This document shows, piece by piece, positions 61,101 to 64,000 of a DNA stretch of 64,000 bases. The translations under genes and the position numbers were made by a program. Each line of letters starts with the position of its first letter. The stretch's first letter is position 1. The notes under the pieces are model-generated. The model searched no databases and was not told the origin of the DNA. It saw only the letters and a list, made by a program, of their open reading frames with translations. The stretch is from Azolla caroliniana (Eukaryota; Plantae; Polypodiophyta): assembly GCA_043228905.1 (NCBI GenBank), contig JBHGNT010000020.1:3038001-3102000 (forward strand), given 5' to 3'.

Positions 61101-63583
61101 TCTGATAGGCTGTTTTGGCATCTTAAATGATTTTCACTCTTTCTATAAGTGAAGAACTTGGAAATCATGACCTCTAATCCTTTAGAAGTGTGGGGAAATA
61201 GTTTGTGTGGCAAATTGGAGAAAATGCTCTTTTTATCAACCTGAAGTGTAAGTTTTCAAGGTGTCTGGATGGTATCTTCATGATTTCAAAGAAAATTCAG
61301 ATCATTCTAGATAACCAAAACTATTAGGATGTTCCCTGACATTGTTTCCTTCGATTCTCAGATGTCAACTGGATCAGTGTCAAAGGTTATTTCAAGGGAA
61401 TGGCACTGTGAAACATTGCAGCCCTGTTAGTAGTCTATGTGAACTGATGAACCAAAACGTATGAATATTTATATATAATAATGAAGGCATGCATAATAGA
61501 CGTATCATTAGAAACCACCAATATCTTCTTATCTTGAAAATCAGAAATAAAATCAGGAAAAAATTGAGAAAACATTCCAATTGGCCCATTTGTTGACAAC
61601 TGAAGCATTTCCACTGTATCAGTTTTACACATTTAAGTTTTTTCATAGTCTTCTTGCTCCAAGGTTGTCCCTTATGTTGGGATTAAAGGCCCTTTATGTT
61701 TCTCTAACTAAACTAGAAAAACGAGTTTATATTATTTAACATTTTCTAATTTTTGTTAAAGTTATAGTCTCGTTTTCAGAACTGTACTACAACTTCTAAA
61801 AGAATATTTTGTAATTTGAATGGAATCCTTAGACAAGATTCCACTGAGGATCAAATAGGTATTTATGAGGCCATGACTTAGTTGTTCCATCAGCATTTAA
61901 AACTCTTCTTCTAAGACCATATTCTATGTATCTTGGATAGCACATATGTGTGTGTGTGTGTGCGTGCACTCCAACCTTGTATATTTTCTAAGTGGTAGGC
62001 TTTTGTTTTGCAGAATTGCTGGTACTTCTTTAAACTCTCCTATGTGTTAAACCCCATAATTCTTTTTAGTTTCTATATCTCTGCCTTTAGATATTTCAGA
62101 AGACTATCATTCTATCTTCTACATCCTTACACCTTATACTGGCCTGAAAGGAATGTAAACGTTTTCTGGGCCTCTATCCTGTTTGATAAGTTTCACAAGG
62201 TTGCTGATTGTCGGTTTTAAACTGTAAGTAGAGAGATCACAACTTCTCTAACATTCTTGTCTAGAATAAATTATTGTACCATTTTAATTTTTATTTCAAA
62301 ACCGTTTTGCATACTTTCTTCATTTGTTTTACTATGCAAATACAGTGGTTAAGCAAGTGCTCAGTCAGTGGTCACAACACCTTTGTTATTTCAAATTACA
62401 CTGCATATTCTCTTTTTTTATTGTGCAATAACTGTGATTAAGCAAGTGCTTAGTACTGATCATAGCTTCCAAGTTTTCTGTGTCTCTTAACGGTTTGGTA
62501 ATTTTGTTGTCCCGTTTTACTGAAACTATAAGAAGAGAGGTCATGCCCTCTCCAATATACTTCTTTGCATAATGTTTTGTTTTCCCGCATGCCTCATTTT
62601 TATTTCTCTATTTTACAGGAGTCAAGATCTGTATCACCATTCATAGCATATGCATTATGTGCTGCTGAAGAAGCACTTTCAGATGCAAATTGGCACCCCG
62701 AAGATTCTGAAGGACTTGAAGGAACTGTAAGAAAGAGTGGTATTTGCTTATCACATGCAAATTTGTGGTTATATTCACATTACCATTCCTTTTGTCATGC
62801 TCTTTTCAACTTTACATCCAACTGTCATTTGTCTTTTATGTAATGAAAAATGTTAGGTACATGTGCCCTTTTTGCATATATTGTCAGTCCGAATGTTGCT
62901 GCAAAGCAGTAAATTGTGTCACCTGTCACTTTGTGGTTATGGTGTTGTACCCATCCCTATGCTCCAATGTTTTATTCATTTTTGCATGTGGATAGAATTG
63001 GCATTTATCTTTTATCATGAAGTATGATGCATATGTTATACTTAGTCAGAATCTTCGTGTAGAGCTCAAACTTGTTTTGCATCATAACAGGGGGTATCCA
63101 TAGGTGGTGGGATAGGTTGCATAAGTGAGATAATGGAAGCTGCAGGACTTGTTCTGCAACAGGTTAATTATCATTGTGATTCGTTACCATGTAGCATGTC
63201 AAATGCCTGCAACCATTTTTTTTACTCTTCGTCCGTGGACTTTGTGACTGAAGAAAATTAGGCGGTTAAGCCCGTTCTTTGTTCCCCGCATTCTAATTAA
63301 CATGGCAGCAGGACATACGAGCATGAAATATGGGTTTCAGGTGGGTGTATACTTGCTCTTTTCATGAAATGAATTTCCTTTCTGAAGCCATGATTATGAC
63401 ATATATTTGTCTCTCCCTTTATGGAAGGTAGGGTCCAAACCATGCTGTTGTCACTGCGTGTGCAACTGGTGCACATTCGATTGGAGATGCTTATCGAATG
63501 ATTAGCTTCGGTGATGCAGATGTCATGGTTTCAGGTGGCACAGAGTGCAGCATTGATGCACTGTCGATTGCAGGGTTTTCTCG
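58136..63583 (+). CDS. KAS: 3-oxoacyl-[ACP] synthase, mitochondrial type (KAS II/FabF family); exons 1-6, continues beyond the window
   Basis: Exons 58136-58253, 58784-59019, 62619-62726, 63091-63162, 63254-63340, 63432-63583 (GT-AG, in frame). Arg/Ser-rich presequence, [41 protein letters not shown], catalytic TACATG, GGTE. Confidence 0.93.
59730..60325 (+). repeat. LTR-like remnant with ~125-bp internal duplication in KAS intron 2
   Basis: CCTTGCTTGGAATA.CTTGGAATCCAGAA...TAGAATTTCTAAAAAGCTCTAGTTCATGAAG occurs twice (~59737, ~59863). No TSD found. Confidence 0.45.
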
Positions 63584-64000
63584 GTAAGGTCTCCTCAGTA
63601 AATATGCATCTAGAAATTTGAAGAACAGTTTTCACCGCATAAAATGTCATTTTATTACTTTGATTGAATTTATAGCCCACTAACAAGCATGCACATACTC
63701 GCACTAAAAAATCAAGAAAACTTGCGAGCCTTGATTGTCATGCTGACAATTATCATGATCTACCTCTCTTGCACATTTGCATCTTCACACCCATGCTGAT
63801 GCTCATAAATCTAAGTGAACTTGTGAGCCTCAATTGTGATACTGAGAATGATAATGATCTACCTCTCAATATTTTTTCATGACTGGAGGTTTGGTCCTCT
63901 CCTGAAAAACTACATTGCAATCTATTCATTAATCTCTCTATCCACCTGCATTTGGGACTCCCAAAAAGGTAAAGTTGGAGAAATATCCCAAAATGGGTTT

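Overview
Eukaryotic land-plant nuclear DNA; a fern or other non-seed plant is inferred from the Copia families and the MGD sequence but not proven. About two thirds of the window is LTR retrotransposon. 1-25 kb is a deeply nested block: Copia A (6220-24563, -) contains two solo LTRs and a non-autonomous LTR element B (9032-20124), which in turn contains Copia C (11423-19589, +) carrying a 6 x 501-bp tandem array. Copia E (25939-31668, -) sits head-to-head with a complete 8-exon monogalactosyldiacylglycerol synthase gene (32253-39164, +). Next come a hAT-type MITE, a decayed LINE, and a very young Copia D (45378-55779, +) interrupted by Copia F (48125-53094, -) with strongly asymmetric LTRs. 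The window ends with a LINE 3' remnant and the first six exons of a mitochondrial-type beta-ketoacyl-ACP synthase gene (58136 onward, +). The most notable pattern is in the related Copia elements A, C, D and E. All four keep a 10-12 bp inverted repeat that places the polypurine tract (PPT) and LTR start in an 18-19 nt loop. Three of them also carry a second upstream PPT-like site followed by a ~0.5-0.6 kb charged extension of pol, and this segment is amplified six-fold in C. All alignments and coordinates were read by eye.
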